A DNA stretch of 51,196 nt from Chloroflexota bacterium (GTDB lineage Bacteria; Chloroflexota; Limnocylindria; Limnocylindrales; CSP1-4): the NCBI GenBank assembly GCA_003250155.1, contig QKHE01000059.1, forward strand, positions 1-51,196, read 5' to 3'. This document shows, piece by piece, positions 9,573-18,998 of this stretch. Made by a program: the position numbers and the translations under genes. The number at the start of each line of letters is the position of its first letter. Within the stretch, counting starts at the first letter, position 1. The notes beneath the pieces are model-generated. The model ran no database searches, had not been told where the DNA came from, and was given only the letters and a program-made list of their open reading frames with translations.

Positions 9573-10853
9573 CTACTGCGCGGCGATCGCCGCTTCCATC
9601 GTGCTGCAGGCGGTGGCGACGGCCGTGGTCGGGTCACCGCCGGCCGCCGTGTCGTCGTCCGGGACGACCGTGTCCCACGCCTGGTCGAAGGGGCCCCAGT
9701 ACTGGCCGAAGGCCGCGGACTGCGGGCGCGGATCGCCGGCGTAGATCGCGTCGGTGAACGACGCGACCAGCGCGTCACTCGACGTCACGCTGCTGTTCGC
9801 AGGGACGTGCCCCGCGACGTCAACCATGATCTGCTGCGATCCGGCGCTGACGAGCAGCTTGGCGACCGCGACCGCGAGCGTCTGCTGCTCCGCCGAGATG
9901 GCGGCGTTGATGTACCAGCCGTCGACGCCGGTCATCGTCCGGCCCGGGCCACCGGGCCCGGAGACGAACGGCGCAACGGCCAGGCCGGCGCGCGCGGTGC
10001 GATAGTCGCCCAGCGCCCAGTTGCCGTTGAAGATCAGGTCCAGATTGCCGGCGATGAACGGGTCGTTGATGTTGGCGTAGTTCGAATCGACGACGGCCCC
10101 GGCATCGTTGAGCGAGCCGACATAGGCCAGCGCGTCGGCCACGCCGGAGTTGTCGTCCGCGGCGCAGCTGCTGTCGTCGTTGAAGATCTTGCCGCCGAAG
10201 GCGCTGTACCAGCCCCAGCCGAAGTAGGCCCGGGTGAGCACGCCGGCCTTGCCGCCGCCCTGGACGAACGTGAGCAGCTCGTCGGTCGTCGTCGGCGGAG
10301 TCGGGACGTTCGCGGAGTCGTAGTACATCGCCACGGCCTTGAGCGACTCGGGGACCATGTACACGACGCCATCGACCTTGGAGCCGCCGACCGAGACCTC
10401 GCTCGACGCTGCGAGGACGTCGTCGATCTGACCGGTCAGGTCGAGCAGGTAGCCACCGCGAGCCTCGTTGCCGAGGCTGTCGTTCGGGGCGATGAACATG
10501 TCAGGCCCGCCACCGGTGCCCGACTCGGTCTCGAAGTTCGTGAAGATGTCGGAGAACGGGACGTTGATCGCGTCGATGGTGAGATCGGGGTTGGCGGCGC
10601 GGATCCCGTCCAGGATCTGGTTGAGGGCCGTGACCTCGGCGGACTCGGCGCCGCCGCCGGACGAGCCGTAGGAGTGCCACAGGGTGATGTGGCCGCTCAG
10701 TGTCTCCGGGCCGGTGCCGCTGGCGGGCGGCTCGGTCATCTGATCCGTCGCAGCCGGCGTCCCGGTCGGTGTCGTGGTGGCCGCGGGCGTGCACGCGCCG
10801 AACACCATGACGGCGCCGGCGACGAGAGCCGCAAGCCGTTGCGTCTTGCTCAT
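9573..10853 (-). CDS. Sugar (maltose/maltodextrin-type) ABC substrate-binding lipoprotein
   Basis: Start trimmed to ATG 10853, preceded by AAGGAGGAG. Lipobox VFGAC, then a Thr/Pro linker and an SBP-like body (ITLWHSYG..). Confidence 0.9.
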   Translation of the reverse strand: MSKTQRLAALVAGAVMVFGACTPAATTTPTGTPAATDQMTEPPASGTGPETLSGHITLWHSYGSSGGGAESAEVTALNQILDGIRAANPDLTIDAINVPFSDIFTNFETESGTGGGPDMFIAPNDSLGNEARGGYLLDLTGQIDDVLAASSEVSVGGSKVDGVVYMVPESLKAVAMYYDSANVPTPPTTTDELLTFVQGGGKAGVLTRAYFGWGWYSAFGGKIFNDDSSCAADDNSGVADALAYVGSLNDAGAVVDSNYANINDPFIAGNLDLIFNGNWALGDYRTARAGLAVAPFVSGPGGPGRTMTGVDGWYINAAISAEQQTLAVAVAKLLVSAGSQQIMVDVAGHVPANSSVTSSDALVASFTDAIYAGDPRPQSAAFGQYWGPFDQAWDTVVPDDDTAAGGDPTTAVATACSTMEAAIAAQ

Positions 10854-11014
10854 GTCGTGTCTTGTCTCCTCCTTGTTCCCTGCCGTCGCCGCCGTCGGCG
10901 ACGACATCCTTGACAACGGCCGGCGGAGCCGGCCCGGGTGACGGCGTTCCGGCACCCAAGAGCGGGTTGCAGGGGCGTGGCGGCCCAAAGGTCCGGCGCT
11001 GCCCCGATCGACCC

Positions 11015-12112
11015 TCACTGCTGGGTCCCGGGCACCTCCCCTCGTCCATGTGGCGGCGCTGTCGAGCCGCGAACGATGAGCCTCGTCTCCAGGCGAAGGT
11101 GCTGGACCGGGCTTGCCGGTTGCTCCACCTCCGCGAGGAGCAGGCGGACTGCCTCGAACCCCTTCTGGCGGATCGGCTGGTGCACCGTCGTCAGGGCGGG
11201 GTCCACATGGGACGCCAGGTCGATGTCGTCGAAGCCGACGACGCTGAGATCATTCGGAACGCGAAGGCCGAGGTCGCGAGCGGCGCGAATCGCCCCGAGG
11301 GCCATCGCGTCACCCATCGCCAGGACGGCCGTCGGGCGCAGGTCCATCGCCCACGCCCGCTGGAACGCCGCGGCGCCGCCGTCGATCGAGGCCCGGCCGG
11401 CGACGACCCACGCGGGGTCGAGGGCGAGGCCGGCGGATTCGAAGGCCTGCTCGTAGCCGCGAAGGCGACGAACGGTCACCGCGGCCTCGGCGCGCGGCCC
11501 GAGCGGCGCGTCCGCGGACGCGTCGCCGACGGCCTGCGGCGCCTCCACCGCCAGCACGAGGATGTCGCGATGGCCGAGCTCGATCAGGTGCGCGGCCGCC
11601 GCGCGAGCGCCGCCCTCGTCGTCGACGACCACCGAGCCGAGCTCGGGCGGGTCCTCCGAGTCCACCAGCACGAGCGGCAGACCGGCGCCCCGGACCTGGC
11701 CGACCTCGGGATGCTCGGCCGAGACGCCGATCGCGACGACACCGTCGACGGTGGCGCGACCGATGGCCGTCACGAGCGAGCCGTGGATCGGTGAGATGAA
11801 ATGCAGCTCGTAGCCGTGCTCCTCGGCAGCCCGCGCGATCCCTTCGTTGAACAGCGCGAAGAACGGGTTCGAGAAGATCACCGACAGGGCCTGCGGGGTC
11901 AGCACGCCGAGCGCCATCGTGCGCCGCTGAGTCAGCATCCGGGCGACCGGGTGCGGCCGGTAGCCGAGGCTCTCGGCGACCTCGCGAATCCGGTCGGCCG
12001 TCTCGAGGGACAGCCGTTCCGGGCTGTTGAACGCAAACGACACGGCCGTCTTGGAGACGCCCGCCACGCGTGCGACGTCGGCGATGCGCGGACGAGATGC
12101 CCGGCGTTCCAT
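11015..12112 (-). CDS. LacI-family transcriptional regulator
   Basis: N-terminal HTH RIADVARVAGVSKTAVSFAFN followed by a periplasmic-binding-fold body. GAGGAG lies upstream of the ATG. Confidence 0.92.
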   Translation of the reverse strand: MERRASRPRIADVARVAGVSKTAVSFAFNSPERLSLETADRIREVAESLGYRPHPVARMLTQRRTMALGVLTPQALSVIFSNPFFALFNEGIARAAEEHGYELHFISPIHGSLVTAIGRATVDGVVAIGVSAEHPEVGQVRGAGLPLVLVDSEDPPELGSVVVDDEGGARAAAAHLIELGHRDILVLAVEAPQAVGDASADAPLGPRAEAAVTVRRLRGYEQAFESAGLALDPAWVVAGRASIDGGAAAFQRAWAMDLRPTAVLAMGDAMALGAIRAARDLGLRVPNDLSVVGFDDIDLASHVDPALTTVHQPIRQKGFEAVRLLLAEVEQPASPVQHLRLETRLIVRGSTAPPHGRGEVPGTQQ

Positions 12113-12187
12113 GCACTCCTCGCGCGGCGGGTCCCCTCCCGCCGCCGTCCTCCACAGGGTCGCCGCTGAGGCCGGCGCCCACGGGGC

Positions 12188-12210
12188 AAACCGGTTTAGA
12201 AAACCGGTTT
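12188..12210. promoter_or_regulatory. Two copies of the 10-nt perfect palindrome AAACCGGTTT, 13 nt apart (candidate operator pair)
   Basis: Sequence gcAAACCGGTTTagaAAACCGGTTTagc in the 175-nt divergent region between the LacI gene and the plus-strand membrane-protein gene. Confidence 0.4.
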
Positions 12211-12287
12211 AGCCGCACAGTAGCGAGCGACCCGGCGGGCGTCAAGAGGCTCCGACGGAGGCGCCAACGGGGCCGCACAATGGGAGC

Positions 12288-12659
12288 GTGCTCGCGTCGC
12301 TTCGCGGCATGCCGTGGGGCATCGCCGTCTTCCTCGCCTACGCCTTCCTGATCTTGGCCGCGATCGGACTCACGCTGCCGTCCGTCATCGACCAGGCGAC
12401 GCTCGCGCCGGTCAGCCTGATCGGCGTCGTCTGGATGGCCCTGCTGGCGTACACGATCTTCACCGTCACGCTCGTCCTGCAGCGAAAGCGGGCCGCGCGC
12501 GGGCTGGCCATCGGGCTGGCAACGTTGACGCTGCCGGCCATGCCGCTCGCCGCGCTGACCGGCTCGCCGGTCGCGCTGCTGTTCGTGGCGATCCTCGCTT
12601 TCCTGCTGTTCAACGGCCTGCGCACCCGCGCCGTGCGCAGCTGGCTGGACCAGGACTAG
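12288..12659 (+). CDS. Small membrane protein (4 hydrophobic helices)
   Basis: 123-aa ORF, GTG start, hydrophobic throughout. Confidence 0.6.
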   Translation: MLASLRGMPWGIAVFLAYAFLILAAIGLTLPSVIDQATLAPVSLIGVVWMALLAYTIFTVTLVLQRKRAARGLAIGLATLTLPAMPLAALTGSPVALLFVAILAFLLFNGLRTRAVRSWLDQD

Positions 12660-12724
12660 GGCGCTTCCGCGCACGGGACGCTACCCTCTCGCTTCGACCC
12701 AGCCACTCCATCGACGAGGCCGCC

Positions 12725-13585
12725 GTGACCACGCCCCAACCCCGTCAGGCCCCGCGCGCCGCGCGCCGCCCGCGCCGCGGGACCCTGCCGCGCCAGGCGT
12801 CGTTCCTGGAGCGGAACCGGCTCCGCCTCCTGTGGGGCGGCGGTGTCGTGGTCCTCGCCGTGCTGGCCGGGACCGTGTACCTGAACCTCACCTCGCCGGC
12901 CTACGCGTGCGAGAGCCTGTTCGAGCCGACGCCCGGTCCGGGCGCGGCGGCCGGCACGGCGAGTCCCGACGGGTCGCCACTGCCGTCGATCGCCGCGTTC
13001 GTCGAGGCCGACATGGGCCGAACCCACGTCCCGACCGGCTCGTCCGTCACGTTCCTCTTCTGCCCGCCGGCCAGCGGGCGGCACTACATCGGCACGAACG
13101 CCGGCCCGATCCGGACGGCGGTCTACGGCCCGAATGAGGAAGCGCTGCCCCAGGGCTGGATCCACAACCTCGAGCACGGCGGCATCGTGATCCTGTACCG
13201 CTGCCCGGGCGACGGCTGCACCGATGCCGGGCAGACCGAGCTGAAGGCCATCTTCCAGGACTGGCCGGAAAGCCCGATCTGCAAGTGGCCGCCGCGGCAG
13301 CTGAGCCCGATCGTGGCCCGCTTCGACGAGATGGCCTGGCCGTATGCCGTCCTGGCCTGGAATATCGTGATGCCGCTCGAGTCGTTCGATCGCGACGCGA
13401 TCCTGGCGTTCCACGCGCGATACGCGGACCAGACGAATCCCGAACCCCTGTGCGCAGCGCCGACCCCGACCCCGGGCCCGACGCCGACGCCCGGGCCGAC
13501 CGGTACGCCGGAGCCGACGGCCAGCCCATCCGGCGGCGCGAGCGAGAGCCCAGCCGCCGAGTCCCCGGGCGCCTCGCCGAGCTGA
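12725..13585 (+). CDS. DUF3105-like membrane-anchored protein with a Pro/Thr-rich tail
   Basis: N-terminal TM helix, then GWIHNLEHGGIVILYRCP, which I recognise as the DUF3105-type core. C-terminal PTPTPGPTPTPGPTGTPEPT. The start (GTG 12725) is inferred. Confidence 0.65.
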   Translation: MTTPQPRQAPRAARRPRRGTLPRQASFLERNRLRLLWGGGVVVLAVLAGTVYLNLTSPAYACESLFEPTPGPGAAAGTASPDGSPLPSIAAFVEADMGRTHVPTGSSVTFLFCPPASGRHYIGTNAGPIRTAVYGPNEEALPQGWIHNLEHGGIVILYRCPGDGCTDAGQTELKAIFQDWPESPICKWPPRQLSPIVARFDEMAWPYAVLAWNIVMPLESFDRDAILAFHARYADQTNPEPLCAAPTPTPGPTPTPGPTGTPEPTASPSGGASESPAAESPGASPS

Positions 13586-13603
13586 TCGCGACGGTCTGAC
13601 GGG

Positions 13604-14536
13604 ATGCGGCTGTTCGCCTATCTCGACCGGACCGGTCCCGCCGTCGGCCTGCTGGACGCCGCCGATCGAGTGACGCCGCTCGGCGGCTGGGACGGCGGCA
13701 TCGACGCGGCGCTGGCCGAGGATCGACTGGACGACCTCCTCGCTGCGGCCCGCGCCACCGCTGCCTCGGGATCTCCGCCGAGCCGCCCCCGCGGAGAGCT
13801 CGACCCGCTGCCGGCGATCGAGTTCCCGGGCAAGGTCGTCTGCGTCGGCCTGAACTACCGCGACCACATCACCGAGCAGCACCTCGAACTGCCGGCTCGG
13901 CCGACGCTGTTCGCGAAGTTCGGCAACGCGGTGATCGGCGATGGCGAGCCGATCGTGCGGCCGGAGGGCACCCGGGCGCTCGACCTGGAGGTCGAACTCG
14001 GCGTCGTCATCGGCCGCCGGGCGCGTCGCGTCGCGGCTGGCGCGGCGATGGACCACGTCGCCGGCTATCTCGTCGTGAACGACGTCACCGCCCGCGACTG
14101 GCAGGGCAACAAGGCCGCCCTGGAGCCGGGCCAGCGCGGCGATGGCCAGTGGCTGCGGGCGAAGGGCTCGGACACATTCCTGCCCGTCGGCCCGGTCTTC
14201 GCGACGCTCGACGAGATCCCGGATCCAAACGGCCTGCGGCTTCGCAGCTGGCGGATCCCAGGCGCCGGTCCCGACGCGGGCCGGCCCGTCCAGATGCAGG
14301 ACGGCACGACGGCGGACATGATCTGGCGGATCCCGGAACTGGTCGAGATCGTCAGCGGAGCCATCACCCTCGAGGCCGGCGATATCCTCATCACGGGCAC
14401 ACCCGCGGGGGTGGGCGTCTTCCGCGATCCGCCGGTCTTCCTCGAGCCCGGTGACCGCGCCCGCTGCGAGGTCGAGGGCATCGGATCGGTGGACAATCCC
14501 ATCGTCGACTGGACCACCGTTCGCGACGACGCGTGA
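13604..14536 (+). CDS. Fumarylacetoacetate hydrolase (FAH) family protein
   Basis: Motifs KVVCVGLNYRDH, ELGVVIG, VNDVTARDWQ and GDILITGTPAGVG. Confidence 0.9.
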   Translation: MRLFAYLDRTGPAVGLLDAADRVTPLGGWDGGIDAALAEDRLDDLLAAARATAASGSPPSRPRGELDPLPAIEFPGKVVCVGLNYRDHITEQHLELPARPTLFAKFGNAVIGDGEPIVRPEGTRALDLEVELGVVIGRRARRVAAGAAMDHVAGYLVVNDVTARDWQGNKAALEPGQRGDGQWLRAKGSDTFLPVGPVFATLDEIPDPNGLRLRSWRIPGAGPDAGRPVQMQDGTTADMIWRIPELVEIVSGAITLEAGDILITGTPAGVGVFRDPPVFLEPGDRARCEVEGIGSVDNPIVDWTTVRDDA

Positions 14537-14564
14537 GACGGCCGAGCCGCCGGCTGGAGGCGTG

Positions 14565-15596
14565 ATGCAGGCACTCGTGAAGACCGAGGCGGGCCCCGGG
14601 CTCCGCCTCGTGACCGTGCCGGATCCCGAGATCGGGATCAACGACGTCCTGATCCGGGTTCACAAGACCGGCATCTGCGGCACCGACCTCCACATCGAGT
14701 CGTGGGACCCGTGGGCCGCCAGGACCATCCGGCCGCCGCTCGTGGTCGGCCACGAGTTCGTGGGCCACATCGTCGAGGTCGGCTCGAACGTGACCGGCTT
14801 CGGCCCGGGTGACCTCGTGAGCGGCGAGGGCCACGTCGTGTGCGGAAGCTGCCGCCACTGCCTCGCCGGCCAGCGCCACCTGTGCGCCGACACCGTTGGA
14901 CTCGGCGTCGGCCGCGACGGCGCCTTCGCCGAGTACGTCGCCCTGCCGATGACGAACATCTGGCACCACTGGCCCGGGATCGACGAGGAGGTCGCGGCGA
15001 TCTTCGACCCGTTCGGCAATGCCGTCCACACGGCCCTGGCGTTCGATGTCCACGGCGAGGACGTCCTGATCTCCGGCGCCGGCCCGATCGGCCTGATGGC
15101 GATCGCGGTCGTCCGCCACGCCGGCGCGAGATACGTGGCGGTCAGCGAACCGAACGCGTTTCGACGGCGCCTGGCCGAGCGGATGGGCGCGACGCTCGTC
15201 GTCGACCCGACGACACGCGACCTGTCGGACGCCCAGCGCGAGCTCGGCATGGTCGAGGGCTTCGACATCGCGCTCGAGATGTCCGGCGTCGCGACCGCCC
15301 TGCGAGCGGCGATCGACAACATGGCCCACGGTGGGCGCATCGCGGTCCTCGGCATCCCGACCGGCGAGATCAGCCTGGACGTCAACACGATCGTCTTCAA
15401 CCAGCTGACGCTGCGCGGGATCTACGGCCGCCAGATGTACGAGACCTGGTACCAGATGGCGGTCCTGGTGAGCGCCGGCATCGACATCAAGCCGGTCATC
15501 ACCCACCGCTTCGCGTACACCGAGTTCGAGGCCGCCTTCGCCGCCGCCCGCTCCGGCGATTCCGGGAAGGTGATCATGGATTGGAGTCAGTCATGA
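14565..15596 (+). CDS. tdh: L-threonine 3-dehydrogenase
   Basis: Zn-ADH motifs GICGTDLHI and GHEFVG. Followed by kbl with an ATGA overlap. Start trimmed to ATG 14565 (GGAGG upstream). Confidence 0.9.
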   Translation: MQALVKTEAGPGLRLVTVPDPEIGINDVLIRVHKTGICGTDLHIESWDPWAARTIRPPLVVGHEFVGHIVEVGSNVTGFGPGDLVSGEGHVVCGSCRHCLAGQRHLCADTVGLGVGRDGAFAEYVALPMTNIWHHWPGIDEEVAAIFDPFGNAVHTALAFDVHGEDVLISGAGPIGLMAIAVVRHAGARYVAVSEPNAFRRRLAERMGATLVVDPTTRDLSDAQRELGMVEGFDIALEMSGVATALRAAIDNMAHGGRIAVLGIPTGEISLDVNTIVFNQLTLRGIYGRQMYETWYQMAVLVSAGIDIKPVITHRFAYTEFEAAFAAARSGDSGKVIMDWSQS

Positions 15597-16819
15597 CGAC
15601 GACCGGGCATCGTGACCCGCTGGCGTTCATCGCCGACGAGATCAGCGACCTCAAGGCGAAGCACCTCTACCGGCCGCTGCGGGTCATGAGCTCGGAGCAG
15701 GGACCCAGCGTCACGCTCGATGGGCGCGAGGTCATCTCGCTTTCCTCCAACGATTACCTCGGCCTGACCCATCACCCGCGCCTGCGCCAGGCCGCGCTCG
15801 ACGCGGTCCGCGAGTTCGGGGTCGGCTCCGGCGCCGTGCGGACGATCGCCGGGACGATGACCCTCCACGAGGCGCTCGAGGCCGAGCTCGCGGAGTTCAA
15901 GGGCGTCGAGGCGACCCTGACGTTCCAGTCCGGCTTCACGGCCAACACCGGCGTCATCCCGACGATCACCGGCGAGGCCGACCTGATCGTCTCCGACGCG
16001 CTGAATCACGCCTCGATCATCGACGGCATGCGCCTCTCGAAGGCACCGCGCAAGGTCTTCCCGCACAAGGACGTCGACGCCCTGCGCGAGGTCCTGCGCG
16101 AGGCGTCCGAGCGGGGTCGTCCTGACGGCTCCGGCCCGTACCGCTCGATCCTCGTCGTGACTGACGGCGTGTTCTCGATGGACGGCGACATCGCCCCGTT
16201 GCCGGGCATCGTCGAGGCCGCCGAAGCGTTCGGCGCGGCCGTCTTCGTCGACGACGCGCACGCCTCGGGCGTCCTGGGCCGGAACGGCCGCGGCTCGGTC
16301 GACCACTTCGGGCTCCACGGCCGTGTCGCGATCCAGGTCGGCACGCTGTCCAAGGCGGTCGGCGTGCTCGGCGGCTACGTCGCCGGGTCGCAGGCCCTGC
16401 GCGAGCTGCTCATCCAGCGCGCCCGGCCGTTCCTGTTCTCGACGTCGCATCCGCCGGCCGTCGCGGCGGCCTGTCGGGCGGCGATCCGGGTCATGGAGGA
16501 GGAGCCCCAGCTGATCAGGCGGCTGTGGGCGTCGACGAACCGCTTCAAGGCCGAGCTGACGCGCCTCGGCTTCGACACCGGGCGATCCGAGACGCCGATC
16601 ACGCCGGTCATCGTCGGCGAGTCGGAGGCGGCGATCCGGTTCTCGAACCGGCTGTTCGAGGAGGGCGTCTTCGCAACCTCGGTCGTGTACCCGACCGTCG
16701 CGCTCGACCAGGCCCGCCTGCGGACGATCGTGACCGCGGCGCTGACCGACGACCATCTCGATCGCGCGCTCGAGGCGTTCGCCAAGGTCGGCCGCGAGCT
16801 GGGCCTCGTCGCCGGGTGA
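15593..16819 (+). CDS. kbl: 2-amino-3-ketobutyrate CoA ligase (glycine C-acetyltransferase)
   Basis: Alpha-oxoamine synthase fold: SNDYLGL, DDAHASG, and PLP lysine in GTLSKAVG. Classic tdh-kbl pairing. Confidence 0.9.
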   Translation: MTTTGHRDPLAFIADEISDLKAKHLYRPLRVMSSEQGPSVTLDGREVISLSSNDYLGLTHHPRLRQAALDAVREFGVGSGAVRTIAGTMTLHEALEAELAEFKGVEATLTFQSGFTANTGVIPTITGEADLIVSDALNHASIIDGMRLSKAPRKVFPHKDVDALREVLREASERGRPDGSGPYRSILVVTDGVFSMDGDIAPLPGIVEAAEAFGAAVFVDDAHASGVLGRNGRGSVDHFGLHGRVAIQVGTLSKAVGVLGGYVAGSQALRELLIQRARPFLFSTSHPPAVAAACRAAIRVMEEEPQLIRRLWASTNRFKAELTRLGFDTGRSETPITPVIVGESEAAIRFSNRLFEEGVFATSVVYPTVALDQARLRTIVTAALTDDHLDRALEAFAKVGRELGLVAG

Positions 16820-17661
16820 CCGCCGGCGACCTCCAGGCACGGGACCTGCCCCTCGATGCCCACCTCCACACCGACCAGTCGCCCGACAGCTCGGTCCCGA
16901 TCGACATCTACGCGGCCGCCGCGCTCGAGCGCGGCATCCCGGAGATCGCGATCACCGACCACGTCGACTTCGACCCCCGGGATCCGGCCTACGAGTACAC
17001 GCGCTTCGAGGACCGCGAGCGGGTCGTGCGGGACGCCGCCGCGCGCTGGGCCGCCCACGGCCTGACGATCCACTTCGGCGCGGAGCTGACCTACAACCGG
17101 CGCTGGGAGGACGACCTCCGAGACCACCTGCGGCGCTATCACTACGACTACACGATCGGCTCGGTCCACGATTGGCCGGAATCCCCGTACACGCCGCAAC
17201 GTGCCGCGGCGTGGGTCGCCGGTCGAGCCCTCGACGAGATCCTCGCGCCGTATTACGACGAGGTCGTCGCGGCTGCCCGCTGCGGCCTGTTCGACACGAT
17301 CGGGCACCTTGACGTCGTTCGACGCTACCTCCATCCGCACGTCACGACCGCGGAACTGGCCGCTCGACCGGAGCTGCAGGACGACGCGCTGCGGGCCATC
17401 GCCGAGTCGGGCGCGGCGCTCGAGGTCAACACGAGCGGCCTTCGCTACCCGGGCGGCGAGACCTACCCAACGGCCGCGGCGGTCGCCCGCTTCCGCGAGC
17501 TCGGCGGCGAGCGCGTCGTGACGGGTTCCGACGCGCACCGGCCGGAGTGGTTCGCGTATCGCCTCGACGTGGCCTACCGGCACGTGGCGGCCGCCGGATT
17601 CGAGGCCCTGGCGTTCGGACGTGGTACCTCCGGCCGCCATCCGTTCCGCTTGCCAACCTAA
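16816..17661 (+). CDS. PHP-domain phosphoesterase (HisJ-type histidinol-phosphatase family)
   Basis: Motifs DAHLHTDQSPD, ITDHVDF and GSDAH. GTGA overlap with the kbl stop. Confidence 0.8.
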   Translation: MTAGDLQARDLPLDAHLHTDQSPDSSVPIDIYAAAALERGIPEIAITDHVDFDPRDPAYEYTRFEDRERVVRDAAARWAAHGLTIHFGAELTYNRRWEDDLRDHLRRYHYDYTIGSVHDWPESPYTPQRAAAWVAGRALDEILAPYYDEVVAAARCGLFDTIGHLDVVRRYLHPHVTTAELAARPELQDDALRAIAESGAALEVNTSGLRYPGGETYPTAAAVARFRELGGERVVTGSDAHRPEWFAYRLDVAYRHVAAAGFEALAFGRGTSGRHPFRLPT

Positions 17662-17688
17662 CGCCGAGCCTCGATCCTCGTTCTTGGA

Positions 17689-18300
17689 ATGGACGACGAA
17701 ACGCTCGAACGGCTCGTGGTCGAAGCGAGGGACGGAGACGCCTTCGCGTTCGGTCGCATCTTTGATCTGTACGCCCGGCCGATCTATCGCTTCGTCGCCA
17801 GCCGCGTCGGCCGCCCGAGCGACGCGGAGGACCTGACGCAGCTGATCTTCGTCAAGGCCCTGGAGGCCCTGCCTCGCTACGAGGCCCGGGGCGTCCCGTT
17901 CGGGGGCTGGCTCTTCAAGCTGGCCAGGAACGCGGTCATCGACCACGCAAGGACGCATCGAGAACAGGTGGCCCTGGATGCCGCCGAGGACCGGCCGCTC
18001 GACGACGCCGGCCCGGAGGCCATCGCCGTGCTGCGAGATGACCTCGACGCCGTCGCCAGGGCGCTGACCGAGCTCACGGAGGATCAACGAGAGGTGATCG
18101 AGCTGCGGTTCTTCGCGGGTCTTTCCGCCCGCGAGGCCGCTCACGCGATGGGGCGCCAGGAGGGCACGATTCGTGGTCTCCAGTTCCGCGCGATCGCATC
18201 GCTCCGCCGGTCGCTCGGGATCGCCCTGGACGACGATGAGGCCGACGACCGGCGGGCGCTCGGCGACCCGAGCGTCCCCGCGGTGCGGGGTGCCCGGTGA
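17689..18300 (+). CDS. ECF (sigma-70 family) RNA polymerase sigma factor
   Basis: Region 2 (DAEDLTQLIFVKALEAL, WLFKLARNAVID) and region 4 (LTEDQREVIELRFFAGLSAREAAHAMGRQEGTIRGLQFRA). Confidence 0.9.
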   Translation: MDDETLERLVVEARDGDAFAFGRIFDLYARPIYRFVASRVGRPSDAEDLTQLIFVKALEALPRYEARGVPFGGWLFKLARNAVIDHARTHREQVALDAAEDRPLDDAGPEAIAVLRDDLDAVARALTELTEDQREVIELRFFAGLSAREAAHAMGRQEGTIRGLQFRAIASLRRSLGIALDDDEADDRRALGDPSVPAVRGAR

Positions 18301-18980
18301 TGGACCGCTCGTTCCGAGCCAACATGCCGGCACCGGCCGGCGACGTCGAGGCGCTGCTGAAGGAATACGCCGTCCGACGGCTGGAGCCGCGGCTCGGCGC
18401 GCTGCCTCGCATCCGAACCATCCTCTTCGAGCGATTCGATGCCCGGACCACCGCTCGCGGACCGGCCGAGTCGTGGCGCGCCCGCCTCGGACGGCGGCTG
18501 CTCGTCGCCGGTCTCGCCGCATCGCTCATCCTGGGCGCCGCCGCGACCGTCGTCACCGCCGGACCGGCCAGCCCGTTCTACGGCACGCGCCTGTGGATCG
18601 AGCAGCTGACCCTCCCGGCAGCGGCCGATGATCGCGCCGCGGCGCACCTGGCGCGCCTCGAGGCACGGCTGGAGGAAGCCGAGGCGGCTGCCGCGTCCGG
18701 CAATGGCGCGGCCGTCTCGCAGGCGCTGGCCGCCTACCGGGCCGAGGTCGAGGCAGCGCTTGCCGACGTCGGCGACGACGCTGACCAGCTCGCCCGCCTC
18801 GAAGCCGCGCTGTCGACGAACCTCGTCGTCCTGTCCGTGCTGGCCGAGCACGTCCCGGCCCAGGCCGCCGACGCGATCCTGAACGCGGCGGGGGCCAGCC
18901 ATCGGGCGGTCGACAAGATCAAGGAGAAGAAGGGCGGGCCGAACAAGCCCACCCCCAGCAACCGACCGGATCGCAGCTGA
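18297..18980 (+). CDS. Putative anti-sigma factor (single TM helix, helical extracytoplasmic DUF5667-like domain)
   Basis: ATGA overlap with the sigma gene. TM helix LLVAGLAASLILGAAATVVTA followed by SPFYGTRLWIEQL and an Ala/Glu-rich helical region. Confidence 0.6.
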   Translation: MMDRSFRANMPAPAGDVEALLKEYAVRRLEPRLGALPRIRTILFERFDARTTARGPAESWRARLGRRLLVAGLAASLILGAAATVVTAGPASPFYGTRLWIEQLTLPAAADDRAAAHLARLEARLEEAEAAAASGNGAAVSQALAAYRAEVEAALADVGDDADQLARLEAALSTNLVVLSVLAEHVPAQAADAILNAAGASHRAVDKIKEKKGGPNKPTPSNRPDRS

Positions 18981-18998
18981 CGCCATCCCATACCCTTC

